From a bacterium (GTDB lineage Bacteria > Zhuqueibacterota > Zhuqueibacteria > Residuimicrobiales > Krinioviventaceae): DNA of 64,000 bases. A model generated the notes under the pieces. The model was given only the letters and a program-made list of their open reading frames with translations, did not search any database and was not told the origin of the DNA. The DNA is taken from NCBI GenBank assembly GCA_963674595.2, contig CAXXFV010000016.1:512001-576000 (forward strand), given 5' to 3'. A program made the position numbers and the translations under genes. Positions 1-10,903 of this stretch are shown here, in pieces; positions within the stretch are counted from its first letter, which is position 1; every line of letters begins with the position of its first letter.

Positions 1-2
1 AT

Positions 3-317
3 ATCAACCAGTTACGTGAAATCCACGGAATGGAGCTGATAGAGGCCATTTTGGAAGCCGGACGTGTCCGTATGCGACCGGTATTGATGACCGCTTTAAC
101 CACGGTTCTCGCCATGCTGCCCCTCGGTTTGGGACTCGGTGAAAGTGGTGAAAGCTGGGCGCCAATGGCTCGTGCGGTTATGGGCGGACTGACCATGGCC
201 ACGATTTTAACACTGGTGATTGTACCTGTTCTTTATGCCGTGTTTGAACGTTTTGGTATTAAAGTAAAAGCAAAACGAGAAGCCAAACGTAAGGCCAAAC
301 TGGCCCGACAAATGTAA
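3..317 (+). CDS. RND efflux transporter permease (AcrB/AcrD/AcrF family), C-terminal part, truncated by the window edge
   Basis: R(M)RPVLMTALTTVLAMLPL...WAPMARAVMGGL...LTLVIVPVLY motif; frame open back to window start. Confidence 0.9.
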   Translation: MNQLREIHGMELIEAILEAGRVRMRPVLMTALTTVLAMLPLGLGLGESGESWAPMARAVMGGLTMATILTLVIVPVLYAVFERFGIKVKAKREAKRKAKLARQM

Positions 318-346
318 TATTAAATTTAAAATATTTATTCTGTTAT

Positions 347-380
347 AAAAAAAGACCGGTATAAAAGCCGGTCTTTTTTT
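347..380. terminator. Bidirectional intrinsic terminator
   Basis: aaaaaaaGACCGG-n8-CCGGTCttttttt between convergent genes. Confidence 0.85.
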
Positions 381-419
381 ATTTAAAAATAATTCGAAAT
401 TAATCATGCAATTAATGAA

Positions 420-2501
420 TTACGGTACCAGTCTAATCAATCCTGCGCCATGTCGTAGTATAGACATTGTAAAATCATTTGAAAAAGTCCCCAAATCTTT
501 TTGCCGCCATAAATCACGGACATTGTAGGAGCCGTCCAGATTTAAATAATCCCATTTAAAAGTGACCTGTTGTTCCCATTCACCGACATTAAAAAGACCG
601 ACTGCTATGGAACCATCAGCCATGTTCTTTGCCCATATTTCCGTGTCGTCATCCTGATAAATACGTTTTGCCTGCTGTCCCAAAGGGTCCTGATCGACTT
701 GAATGACCTCGTTGTTGCACAGGATGTTTAAAGTAAATTCATCGAGTTTGTTCATGTTCCCGCTGTATATCAAAGGTGCGGATAACAAACACCATAGCGT
801 CATATAAGAGTACTGCTCACTTGGTGATAACATAAAACGGCCTTTATCCTCAGCTTTGTAGCCGATTAGAATATAATCGGGATCGTTCCAGTGACCGGGA
901 CCGGCCCATTTTTCAAGTCCATTATGCGCAAAACCCAGCGTGACGAGATTGGTATACAGGCAATAGGGGGTCATTAATGCGCCAAAATCCAAAGTGGTCC
1001 TCCAACAATTTCCTCCGGCTTTTTCCGCCCATTCCCACACGTTGCCTTTACCATATTGGCAAAAGTTGAAAACAATATCCCGAGGTTGTTTTTTAAGCCA
1101 GGCGTTCATCGTATCATAGGGTTTTACGAGTTCTTTCCGGCTTTGGTCTTGTGCAATATAACGATATGAACACCAGTCATATTTAAAAAAATCAAAACCC
1201 CATTTGGCAATTTGCTTTGCATCTTTTTCTTCGTGCAAATAACTGCCTACATATCCGGCGCATGTTAAAGGGCCGGGTGTGCTGTAAATACCCGCTTTTA
1301 ATCCCTTGCTGTGAATGTAATCCGTCAGGGCCGACATGTCCGGGAAATGACTGTTTGATAGAATATATCCCGCTTCGTCCCTTGGTATTCCTGCTATCTC
1401 GGAATTGGTGCTGTTTTGCCTAACATATTTTAAATATGCTGAATTAGAAAATCGTTCACAATCGGTGATTTTAGAGCAATCTTCTAACAACGGATAGTCC
1501 TTTGAAGGCACAACCATCCAGCAGTCATCAATATTGATATAGGAATACCCATAATCGGCCATGCCGGACGATATCATTTGGTCTGCTGATTCGCGAATTG
1601 TTTTATCGGTAACACTCATTGTATAACTGTACCAGTCATTCCAACCCATGGGAGGCGTCAAGGCCAGTTTATCACCAATTTTTATAACAAAGTCCTTTTT
1701 ATCTTTGCCTTTACTGTTTTCGGCCTCTAACGTTACTGTGTATTTACCGCGTTGAGATACAGACCCTGTGATGATGCCTTTTTCCCTATCCAGACGTAAT
1801 CCCTCGGGAAGGTTTTTTACAGAAAACTTCAGCGGCCGAACGCCTGTTACCGGAATTTTGTACAAAAATGGAGAATTCGGTCGCGCGCCGTAAATAGCAG
1901 GACCATTAATGCGTGGATTTTTAGGTGGTTTTGGTGTGAGGATATAGGATTCTTCTTCCGGTGGGGTTACAAGCTCTGGTAAATCTCCTGCTGTAATAAA
2001 TTTAGCATCCGCCCAATCCGCCAGGTTGTAGGCATATTGGCAGTTATTGCCATCGTATACACGTGAAATTAAAGCAAGATTGTTTATTCCTTTAATGTCC
2101 AGATCAATTGTTTTCCCCTCTTTACCGGCATTTAGTATGCCGCTGTTCCAAAGTTCTTTTTTATCATCCAAAACCCGAAAAGAAATTTTTATGTCTTTGT
2201 CTATTACAGCGTCATCAACACCGACAACAGCCCGGAATCTGGAAGCGCTCCCTTTAAGATCAATATAAAAAATAGAGTGGGCATTTACACAAACCCCTTT
2301 ATCAAATTTTTTGCCGCCAATTTTGATTTTATCGCCGTTTATATTTTTATCGATCCCGAGTTTTTTCCCGCCGGCATACATCGCTTTGTCAAAATTTAAT
2401 GATGATAACCAAACGGTTTCATCAGCACTGAAAATTTTGCAGGGAAAAAGAAAAAATATGAAAAGTATTATTATTTTTACAAAATCATTTTTTTGTGTCA
2501 T
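420..2501 (-). CDS. Secreted GH27 alpha-galactosidase with N-terminal NPCBM and Ig-like (He_PIG) domains
   Basis: Signal peptide; LTPPMGWN, YINIDDCW, KYDWC, WNDPD motifs; FRAVVGVDD and ADWADAK NPCBM motifs. Confidence 0.9.
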   Translation of the reverse strand: MTQKNDFVKIIILFIFFLFPCKIFSADETVWLSSLNFDKAMYAGGKKLGIDKNINGDKIKIGGKKFDKGVCVNAHSIFYIDLKGSASRFRAVVGVDDAVIDKDIKISFRVLDDKKELWNSGILNAGKEGKTIDLDIKGINNLALISRVYDGNNCQYAYNLADWADAKFITAGDLPELVTPPEEESYILTPKPPKNPRINGPAIYGARPNSPFLYKIPVTGVRPLKFSVKNLPEGLRLDREKGIITGSVSQRGKYTVTLEAENSKGKDKKDFVIKIGDKLALTPPMGWNDWYSYTMSVTDKTIRESADQMISSGMADYGYSYINIDDCWMVVPSKDYPLLEDCSKITDCERFSNSAYLKYVRQNSTNSEIAGIPRDEAGYILSNSHFPDMSALTDYIHSKGLKAGIYSTPGPLTCAGYVGSYLHEEKDAKQIAKWGFDFFKYDWCSYRYIAQDQSRKELVKPYDTMNAWLKKQPRDIVFNFCQYGKGNVWEWAEKAGGNCWRTTLDFGALMTPYCLYTNLVTLGFAHNGLEKWAGPGHWNDPDYILIGYKAEDKGRFMLSPSEQYSYMTLWCLLSAPLIYSGNMNKLDEFTLNILCNNEVIQVDQDPLGQQAKRIYQDDDTEIWAKNMADGSIAVGLFNVGEWEQQVTFKWDYLNLDGSYNVRDLWRQKDLGTFSNDFTMSILRHGAGLIRLVP

Positions 2502-2584
2502 ATCATATACTCCATATTTTTATATTTAGCAATACGGGGATTCATACCGTTACTGATAATGTATTGGGATGGATTTTTTGAGTT

Positions 2585-2806
2585 TTACGGCATAAATTTT
2601 ATAAATCCGATAATAAAAACGATCAGGCTGGCTACTCCCAAAATTATCAAAAGAATACCGGCAAATACGGCCCGTTTCCCTTCAACAAATTTTCTGTTTA
2701 AAGGATTTGAAAAGCATTTTGTTTTAAGAATAGTAATTCCGTTAAACGTAGCAAATATGAAAATGACAAAATATAAAAAATACCAGATAAAATCTTTTTT
2801 AATCAA
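2585..2806 (-). CDS. Small membrane protein (2 TM)
   Basis: Two hydrophobic stretches; co-oriented with neighbours. Confidence 0.45.
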   Translation of the reverse strand: MIKKDFIWYFLYFVIFIFATFNGITILKTKCFSNPLNRKFVEGKRAVFAGILLIILGVASLIVFIIGFIKFMP

Positions 2807-2876
2807 ACGTTTTTGACCTTTTTTTAATGTTCTGGGTTACGTTTTTTTGTTATTATAAAAATTCCATGTATATAGA

Positions 2877-3383
2877 TTAAAGATAAGCCCCATGTGCCTT
2901 GGGTAATTTTTGATAATCCGGTTTTGATTCAATAACTGTTTGTATAAACATGGACAAAGAGTTTATTCTTTCAAATTCATCCGGATAGCTATTTATAAAA
3001 TGCCAATATACTGTTTTATCATTGTCCCCATATTTTATTCGTAATTGCTGCACGCCCGGGTCCGGGGAAATAGCTATATTTAGTGAATCATTGTCGTTCC
3101 AGTTTATCGAATCCGGCAGTGCAAAAAAGTCCGTTTCACTGACTTTGTTTAAAATTAAATTCTGTTCGTCTTTTGTCAGCCAAAAATCAATGGTTATTGT
3201 TCCGTCAATGACAAGGTCTTTGGTCAGTTTTTGTGTGAATGTATTTAATTGGTTTTTAAAGGAATATTTGAAATCAATTTTTATTTCCTGTTCAACAGCT
3301 TGAACAGATTGCGGATCGACATTTTTTGAACATGATAAAGCAACAAACACAAACAACAATAAAAGCCGGGAATACTTGAACAT
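2877..3383 (-). CDS. Hypothetical lipoprotein
   Basis: Lipobox ALSC after hydrophobic core; AGGAGG RBS upstream. Confidence 0.75.
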   Translation of the reverse strand: MFKYSRLLLLFVFVALSCSKNVDPQSVQAVEQEIKIDFKYSFKNQLNTFTQKLTKDLVIDGTITIDFWLTKDEQNLILNKVSETDFFALPDSINWNDNDSLNIAISPDPGVQQLRIKYGDNDKTVYWHFINSYPDEFERINSLSMFIQTVIESKPDYQKLPKAHGAYL

Positions 3384-3576
3384 TTTTAACCCTCCTTAAA
3401 AAATAATTATCCCATGTTTTTAAACGGAAAAGTTTTGTCCTGCTTACCAATAGATCCTCTATCGGTATGAAAAACATATTTGATGAATATTACTAATTAA
3501 AAAAGGATTGTGCAAGAATTATTTGTTTTTGGCAGATTTGTAACAATATGAAAAATGACAACAGATGTCTTTTCTA

Positions 3577-3972
3577 TTAAATAAATTCTGCTTTTATGAT
3601 TAATGGCTCATCACATAAATCAGTACACCCTAAAGATATAACACTAAACCAGGGACCTATTTTATGCACAATTTTAACAGATGCTATCGATGTTTTTTCA
3701 AAACTCATTAGCGCCCCACTTACAATTGTCACGAGGAAAAAAACATTCAAAAGTATCATTGATGTTTTTTGTCCGATAACAAGAGGTTCTGTTTTATGAT
3801 GCAGGTAAACCATTCTGTCAATTAAAATGAGATTAGTAAGGGCAGCGAGTTTGTGGAGGGTAAATAACAATGAATTGTCCTTATGGCCCACTTTTGCAAG
3901 TCTGTAACCTGTTATCATAATCAAAATAAACAAAACAGCGAATAATATTGATTGATTGAAAGTATCAGGCAT
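3577..3972 (-). CDS. Hypothetical membrane protein (about 4 TM, two HK motifs)
   Basis: Hydrophobic helices; 11 bp downstream of the hydrolase gene. Confidence 0.65.
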   Translation of the reverse strand: MPDTFNQSILFAVLFILIMITGYRLAKVGHKDNSLLFTLHKLAALTNLILIDRMVYLHHKTEPLVIGQKTSMILLNVFFLVTIVSGALMSFEKTSIASVKIVHKIGPWFSVISLGCTDLCDEPLIIKAEFI

Positions 3973-3983
3973 TCTTTTTCCTT

Positions 3984-4829
3984 TTAATGTGATACCATAA
4001 ATTTTTTAATTTTCGCAAATTGATCAATTATCACGTGCCCGGTGTCTTTAAGAATATTTATCTCTGAGTGGGGTAGGGCCCTTTCAAGCCGTTGCCCGGT
4101 TTTGACCGAGTCAATAAGGGCATCGTGGTCCCCGCCAAAATATTGTACCGGCGCTGTTATGTTTGCCAATTGTTCATCGTTAAAAATCGGTATGGCTTCC
4201 AGGACCGGTAAAAAGTGTTTGGAGATAGTTTCCTGAAATTCCAAAACTTTTGCAGGTACCTGCGTTTTATGGAAGATCAATCTGTTAAGCATCTTTTGTC
4301 CGGGTTTGCCCAGCATCATATAGAAAATGGCTTTTGCAATAAAATATTTTTTTGCCGGAACAATTCCGCCGGTCGTGAGAATGGACATGGCTTTAATTCT
4401 TTCGGGACAGTGCACGGCATAATTAAGAATGAACCAACTGCCCAGACTTATTGTGATAAAAGATGCTCTTTTTATGCCAAGCTGCTCGATCAGAGAATTT
4501 AACCATATATAGGGTTCTTCCGAAGCTAAAGTAAACCTGACCGGCTCACTCAGACCGGGTTCACCGGGAATGTCTACACAATATATACAGAAATGATCAA
4601 TAAAATCGGACACATTGCCCAGCCAGGCCGCGCTGTTGGAGGCTGTGCCGTGTATCATTACCAACGGTGGATTTGATGGACTGCCGAACCTCAGCACATG
4701 AGTTTGGGCAAACTCTGTGGGGATGAATAGCTGTTTGAAGTTGAGAACAGAATGCTCGGTCAACAGATTTTGATATTTGGATTCGACAATCTTTCTTCCT
4801 TTTTCAGTTTTGTATACTCGGTTATTCAT
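3984..4829 (-). CDS. Alpha/beta fold hydrolase
   Basis: MIHGTAS oxyanion region, DIPGEPGLS, nucleophile ISLG, D (GDHD), H (TGH). Confidence 0.85.
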   Translation of the reverse strand: MNNRVYKTEKGRKIVESKYQNLLTEHSVLNFKQLFIPTEFAQTHVLRFGSPSNPPLVMIHGTASNSAAWLGNVSDFIDHFCIYCVDIPGEPGLSEPVRFTLASEEPYIWLNSLIEQLGIKRASFITISLGSWFILNYAVHCPERIKAMSILTTGGIVPAKKYFIAKAIFYMMLGKPGQKMLNRLIFHKTQVPAKVLEFQETISKHFLPVLEAIPIFNDEQLANITAPVQYFGGDHDALIDSVKTGQRLERALPHSEINILKDTGHVIIDQFAKIKKFMVSH

Positions 4830-5286
4830 CATCATTTCCTTTTTGCCGGCAGAGAACATCAAAAGTGCTCAATATTCTGCTGACAACGTCCGGACTGCCG
4901 TAAAAAACATATTTTGCTTTTTGTATCTCCGGATAATAAAAAAAATCAAAACGGGATTTTCCATTTACTCCTTTTTCACTGTTTAGCATGGCCATAAGTG
5001 AATTAGAAATCCTGGATGCTTCTTCGGAATTTTGCTCTGTAATTTCAACAACAGCAGATACGTTGATTCGGTCTGCAATGGTTTCAAAGTTCGGCACCTG
5101 TTTTGGTGTTTGTTCCTCAGACAGTTCACCGTGGCAGTAGAGTTTCAAGTCTTCTTCGCTGACCTTCCAGGAACGTCCGATTTTTCTGGCTTTGATTTTT
5201 CCTTCATGAATAAATCTTAAAATCGTTTTTGGATGAAGGTTGAGGATTTTTGTCAAATCAGAAATAGAATATAGTTTCAGTTGCAT
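4822..5286 (-). CDS. Excisionase-like/MerR-type HTH_17 DNA-binding protein with C-terminal domain
   Basis: YSISDLTKILNLHPKTILRFIHEGKIKARKIGRSWKV; AAGGAG RBS. Confidence 0.85.
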   Translation of the reverse strand: MQLKLYSISDLTKILNLHPKTILRFIHEGKIKARKIGRSWKVSEEDLKLYCHGELSEEQTPKQVPNFETIADRINVSAVVEITEQNSEEASRISNSLMAMLNSEKGVNGKSRFDFFYYPEIQKAKYVFYGSPDVVSRILSTFDVLCRQKGNDDE

Positions 5287-5315
5287 AATAACTCCTTGGT
5301 AATATTGTTGGTACT

Positions 5316-5380
5316 AATGTATAACATTAAGGAGTAATTGTCAAGTATTTTATGTAGTTTTAAGTAATATTAAGTAGTTT
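5316..5380 (-). promoter_or_regulatory. Sigma70 promoter (TTGACA-17-TACATT) with ~10-bp direct repeats overlapping and upstream of -35
   Basis: -35 at 5344-5339, -10 at 5321-5316; GTA-core repeats at 5334, 5345, 5354, 5364, 5374. Confidence 0.6.
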
Positions 5381-5534
5381 TGGGGCTAATGTTTGGGGGG
5401 ATGTTAAGTAAATTTTAAAAAGGAGGGACCTGTTCTGATTGTAACAGTCTTGACCTGGAAAGCGTACAGTGATTTAAAAGAGAAAACACTCTTAATAAAA
5501 AGTCCGTTTGTTGTTTACTTTTATAATAAAAATT

Positions 5535-6206
5535 TTAAGAAACTATTTTTTTGATTGCAAAACTGGGATTCGTACCTAACTCAGTTGTCAGGTATATAAT
5601 TTCCCAGTTGTATTTTACACAAAATTCATATACCGCCTCTATGACTCCAAATCGAATGACTTTGTTCCAGTTTCCCAAAATATAATCATGACCGGCAATA
5701 ATGCCGTTTTCTTTTACTTTATTTCTATAGAGTTCCAATTCTGATCTAGTATTATCGTATAAATGTGATGTGTCGATATATATCCAGTCAAAATAATGAT
5801 CAGCAAACAATTCAACAACTTTTGTTGAAAATCCAAAGTGTATTTCTACGGATTTGTTTTCGATATGTCGGGCAAATCTTTTTTCTACATATCTTCTTTT
5901 GGCCTGGTTATATCGTTTCGTGTCCCAACTGTCCACTAGATGCAGTTTTTGGGGATTGTTTATATTTAAAATCAGGTTTGAAAAATCGCCTTCATCAACT
6001 CCCAGTTCTGCCACAATTGCATTTTGGGGTAATTTTTTTAAAAGCTCTTCTCTGGTGGTGAGCAATTTTGAATTTTTAAGATGTTTGGTGTTTAATTCGT
6101 ACTTGGGGATTTTGGATGAAATTTGGGTGTTAATTTTTTTTACGACGGAAAGAAAAAAAAGTTTATAAAACCGTTTCAATATAGTCCTAATTAATCCAGA
6201 TTCCAT
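5535..6206 (-). CDS. Class I SAM-dependent methyltransferase (Methyltransf_24-like)
   Basis: VAELGVDEG, LVDSW, FDWIYIDTSH, IIAGHDY motifs. Confidence 0.85.
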   Translation of the reverse strand: MESGLIRTILKRFYKLFFLSVVKKINTQISSKIPKYELNTKHLKNSKLLTTREELLKKLPQNAIVAELGVDEGDFSNLILNINNPQKLHLVDSWDTKRYNQAKRRYVEKRFARHIENKSVEIHFGFSTKVVELFADHYFDWIYIDTSHLYDNTRSELELYRNKVKENGIIAGHDYILGNWNKVIRFGVIEAVYEFCVKYNWEIIYLTTELGTNPSFAIKKIVS

Positions 6207-6350
6207 ATTTTTTTGACCTCCTGTTTATTGCTGTTTGTATATATATCTAAATACTTTTTAGCATTTCAGGATTCCCAAATTTTGATCTTTTCCAGAAAAA
6301 TTTTATTGATGTATATTGAGATGACTTGACCACTTGTTCTTAACAATATA

Positions 6351-8412
6351 CTATGTGTTTAACGGAAGCAAAATTTCAAATGATGTACCTTCTCCTTTTT
6401 TGCTGGAAACGTTTATTTTCCCTTTATGTTTTTCAATAATCTGGTAGACAATTGCTAATCCAAGCCCTGTGCCGACACCTCTGCTTTTTGTCGTAAATCC
6501 CGGATCAAATATTTTATCAATGTGGTTTTTTTCTATACCTTGACCATTGTCACTTATTTCAATGACAACGTTATCATCTTTTCTGCTCGTTTTAATTTTT
6601 ATTATCCCATTATCGTTAATCGCCTGAATTGCGTTTGTAAACAGATTCATAAAAACCTGGTTTAAACGACTTGGAAAACAATGTATTTCCGGCAGGGCAG
6701 AATATTCCTTTTCTATAACTATTCGGTTTCCCAATGTGTGATGTAAAATAGTTAACGTATCTTCAATCCCCTTATGGACATCAAATTTTTGGGACTCGGA
6801 TTTGTCAAGATACACAAAATTTTCCAGGCTCTTGACAATTTTTTCAACCCGACCGCTGCCATCGGAAATTATTTTACAATTTGTTTTTAAAATATGTAGC
6901 GCTTTATCGAATTTATTATCAGTTCTAAGCCTGCTGAATTCAGGATTATTCTCTAATAATTCTATTATGTTTTCAAGAGAACGATCTGAAGTGCCAGAAG
7001 CGCATTTAACAGCACTAATCGGATTGTTTATTTCGTGTGCCACGCCTGCCACAAGGTTTCCAAGCGAGGCCATTTTCTCTTTAATAACAAGTTGCTGTTG
7101 GGTTTCCTTTAACACTTTCATAGCGTTTTCCAGGTCCCGGTTTGCTTTGGATTTGACGCGATAGCGGTTGTTTAAAACCGCCAATAAAACAAAAATTAAA
7201 ATTGTAATAATAATAAAGGAATTTCGTAATGATCGCTGCCGCTTAATTTCCAGTTGGTGGATTGCATTATTCTTGGATAATAGTTCAATTTCTTTTTCTT
7301 TTTTCGCTGTTTCATATTTGGTATCCATTTCGGCGATAATTCGACTCTTGCTTTCGGTATAAATGCTGTCTTTAACTTCAGAATAGAGTATATAACTATC
7401 CAATGCTTTTTTATAATTGTTTTGCTCAGCATATAGTTCGCTCAGTTTGCCGAACCCATATTTCATCTGGTCTTTTGCATTAATTTCTGTGGCTAATTTT
7501 AATCCTTTTTCAAGATTGTTGAGCGCCTGGTCATACTTTTTTTGTTTCAATAAAATATTGCCAATGTCCAATTCCATATCTGTTACCCCCCACTTGTATC
7601 CGATTTTTTCGTACATTTTTTGGGAACGTTTATAATAAGACAAGGCCAGGTCATAATTACCCATTTTGCTGTATGCTACACCCATGTTTGAAGTTGCTTC
7701 TGCTATGCCCCGAACCTGACCGGTTTTTTTTATGTATGGACAATGCTTTTTTATAATATTCCAATGCTTTATCATATTTTTCCTGGCCCATATATATCAG
7801 TCCGATATTGTTCGCGATAGCTGCAAGGCCATGATCAAAGCTGCCCTCTTCATAGGCTTTTTCAGCTTGTAAATAATAGTCCAGGGCTTTATTATTATCT
7901 TTTAAATACCAGTATATAATACCGATACCCATTAATGTCCCGCCGATTCCCTCCTTATCGTCCATCTTTTCACATAAAGCAAGTGCTTTAAAATAGTTTT
8001 CCAGGGCTTTATCATAATCTCCCTGATAATCATAAATAGCACCAAAACTGGTTAAGCTTCGTGCCATACCTTTTTGATATTGAATATTTTCTGATAATGA
8101 AAACGCCTGTTGCAAATATTCCAACGCTTTATCAAACTCTCCTGAACCGCGATATATATTTGCAATATTTATCAATGCCTCTGCTTCCTGTTCCTTGTTT
8201 TGGTATTTTCGGGCCAGCTCAAGTGCCTGATTTGCATAGGATATGCTTTTTTCAGGGGAGATCCTGCATAATTCAAATGCAAGCTCATTCAATATTTTTA
8301 CTTGTTTTGAATCTTCAAGACCAGGGAGGAGTGCCTCCAGACTGTCTGTTGAAACTTTACCGAATGTATTTGAAACAAGAACAATGACCAATATTAAAAG
8401 TATGTTTTTCAT
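6351..8412 (-). CDS. TPR-repeat periplasmic sensor histidine kinase (frameshifted at T8 run 7724-7731)
   Basis: Signal peptide and TPRs in 7657-8412; TPRs, TM, H-box (GVAHEINNP) and HATPase (GTGLGL) in 6351-7775; removing one base fuses them. Confidence 0.85.
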
Positions 8413-8606
8413 TTCCGACCTTGTAAAATGATTAAGATCATCACCATGATGTAATGTAAGTGAAATAGCCTTTTTATTCAAGTTATAATGTGTTTTTTTC
8501 TTGTTATATATCTAGTTAAAAGCATTACAATATTTTTGTTCTCTCTGAAACCTATTCATTTCTTTTTTCGTATGATTAGCATAGATTTTAAAAAGGGAGA
8601 TACGTC

Positions 8607-9195
8607 ATGAAAAAAAATTTTACCCTGGTTTTTATTTTTGAATGTTGCATTTTGTTTTGGTGCAGGATCAGATAAAGATGATTCTGAAATTACCTTACAT
8701 ATGGACAAGCATATTGATGGTAACTATTACAGCAATGACCATTTTGACATGGATATTGACAACAAAGATGTTATTTTGACATGTAAAGATAATGGGGAAA
8801 CAATTGTATTTACCAAAGAGTATGAACTCATCATTAATGACAAGATGATTCATCTCGATGCACATCAAAAAGCCCTTGTTCATGAGTATCATGATTTGAC
8901 AATGGAACTTGTATCAGAAGCCAAAAAAGTCGGTCTTAAAGGGGCAAAAATCGGTGTAAAAGGGGCAGCACTTGGGTTAACGGCTGTAGCCGGAGTTTTC
9001 AAGCTGTTACTACCGGGATATGATGCGGAAGATTACGAAAGAGACATTGAGAAAAAAGCAGAAAAAATTGAAAAAGAAGCGGAAAAACTTGAAGAGAAAG
9101 CAAAAGTCCTTGAGATAATGGCGGACCATCATGAAGAAATGCATGATGAATTAAAACAATCTATTCCGGCACTGGAACAAATGGAATGGTTTTAA
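8607..9195 (+). CDS. Exported YggN/DUF2884-like protein (start frameshifted in an A8 run)
   Basis: GGGAG RBS and ATG at 8607; removing one A gives the signal peptide MKKILPWFLFLNVAFCFG; ends IPALEQMEWF. Confidence 0.7.
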
Positions 9196-9244
9196 ATTAT
9201 ATCTATTATCAGTTAATGCTATAATTTATTTATCAAAATACAGG

Positions 9245-9622
9245 TTATGAGATTTTACTCATGAGCCATTGTCTTGCTTTATCGATATCAGTAAACCATT
9301 TTAAACGATGACCTGCGTTTGTTGCTGTTGTTTCATGAAATGATTGAAATTCATAATTCTCTTCCGTATCAACAGCTGCTGTAAATATTATCGGTCTGTC
9401 TTGTGGATAGTTTCTAACTTGAAAATAAGTTTCTGCCAAATCAAGTCGCCCTTTTAAAGGTCGACTGTCTACTAAGAGGGCTTTGGGTTTTTTTAATTTT
9501 AAAAGAGTAAATATATCATCCAAAAGATTATTTATAGTTCCTTTTGTTATTTCCCCTGTTATGGTCATCTCCATAATATGGTCTTGAGTTGATTCCGATA
9601 TATTGTATTTTATTTCGTTCAT
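9245..9622 (-). CDS. Hypothetical protein (STAS/SpoIIAA-like fold likely)
   Basis: LLVDSR...FHETTATNAG...WFTDIDKARQWL pattern; GGAG RBS. Confidence 0.7.
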   Translation of the reverse strand: MNEIKYNISESTQDHIMEMTITGEITKGTINNLLDDIFTLLKLKKPKALLVDSRPLKGRLDLAETYFQVRNYPQDRPIIFTAAVDTEENYEFQSFHETTATNAGHRLKWFTDIDKARQWLMSKIS

Positions 9623-9834
9623 TAATTTCTCCGGAATATTAAAGATTATATTTTATTATTTTTGCAAACTCTAAACAATCAAAGTTAAAATTTTATTCAG
9701 AAAAAATTAATAAAAGTTTTCTAAAAATTTAGTTTAATAAATTATCTGAGAGGAAATTAATAGATTATCCGCTTTTTATATTTGTAGTAAAATTTATTTT
9801 TTCGTTTTAATAGTTCAAATAGATATTAACTCTT

Positions 9835-10827
9835 TTATATCTTTATAATTACTTTACCTTTGTTTTCTCCCTGTTCAACATATCTATGGGCTTTAACAGC
9901 CTGTTCCATCGGAAAGTTTATATCTATAATCGATTTCAAATTACCCGCCTCAACAAGTTCCTTAACGAACTCCATGTCTTTGGGTTTTTCCATTGATATT
10001 GCACATATCACTTTTTTATCCCCGAATAATTTTGTCCATAGCATTTGCAAAAGTTGTTTTGTTTTAAAACTCGCTAAAAGATAAATACCATTTTGGTTTA
10101 ACGAGTTTTTACATCGGTTATAGGAACTTTTACCAAGTATATCAAAAATCAGGTCATACTTTTCTCCGTTAGTAGTAAAATCCTGTTTTTTATAATCAAT
10201 AACTTTTTCTGCGCCTAGTGATTTTACAAATTCGATTCTCGGAGTGCCGCAAACACCGGTAACCTGTGCGCCAAAATATACGGCAAGCTGCACCGCAGCA
10301 GAGCCGATTCCGCCGGAAGCGCCGTTTATAAGCACTTTATGCCCTTTCTGAATATTTACTTTTTTTAAAATATTCAAGGCTGTTAATGCTCCATAGGGAA
10401 TAGCAGCCGCTTCCTCGTATGTGATATTGGCCGGTTTTATAGCTACTTTGCCATTTTCCGGCATACATAAATATTCCGCGTTTGCACCCATATTCTGTCC
10501 AAGGTATCCAAAAACCGCATCGCCTTTTTTAAATTTTTTTACATTTTGACCCACGGATTCAATCTCTCCGGAAAATTCGCTGCCGAGTATTTTTGTTTTT
10601 GGTTTGTTAAAACCAAACATAATTCTTGCCGGCAGCCACATCAGTAGCGGCATATTAAATTCACGGGATGTGATGTTGGCAAAATTTCGGGCTGTTATGT
10701 CCCCATAGTTCACAGGTGTTGCATGTACTTTTATAAGTATTTCGTTATCCTCAGGGACCGGTTTTTCTATTTCTTTAACTTCCAGAACCTCGGGTGGACC
10801 ATATTTTTCAAACACAATTGCTTTCAT
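9835..10827 (-). CDS. NAD(P)-dependent medium-chain dehydrogenase/quinone oxidoreductase
   Basis: MKAIVFEKYGPPEVL; VLINGASGGIG; GKVII C-terminus. Confidence 0.9.
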   Translation of the reverse strand: MKAIVFEKYGPPEVLEVKEIEKPVPEDNEILIKVHATPVNYGDITARNFANITSREFNMPLLMWLPARIMFGFNKPKTKILGSEFSGEIESVGQNVKKFKKGDAVFGYLGQNMGANAEYLCMPENGKVAIKPANITYEEAAAIPYGALTALNILKKVNIQKGHKVLINGASGGIGSAAVQLAVYFGAQVTGVCGTPRIEFVKSLGAEKVIDYKKQDFTTNGEKYDLIFDILGKSSYNRCKNSLNQNGIYLLASFKTKQLLQMLWTKLFGDKKVICAISMEKPKDMEFVKELVEAGNLKSIIDINFPMEQAVKAHRYVEQGENKGKVIIKI

Positions 10828-10903
10828 TTGTATTTTTCCCTGTTATTTCTTCATGTTAACAGATAGTAGAACAAACAAATAGTGAAAAATATTTAATTAA
10901 AGT

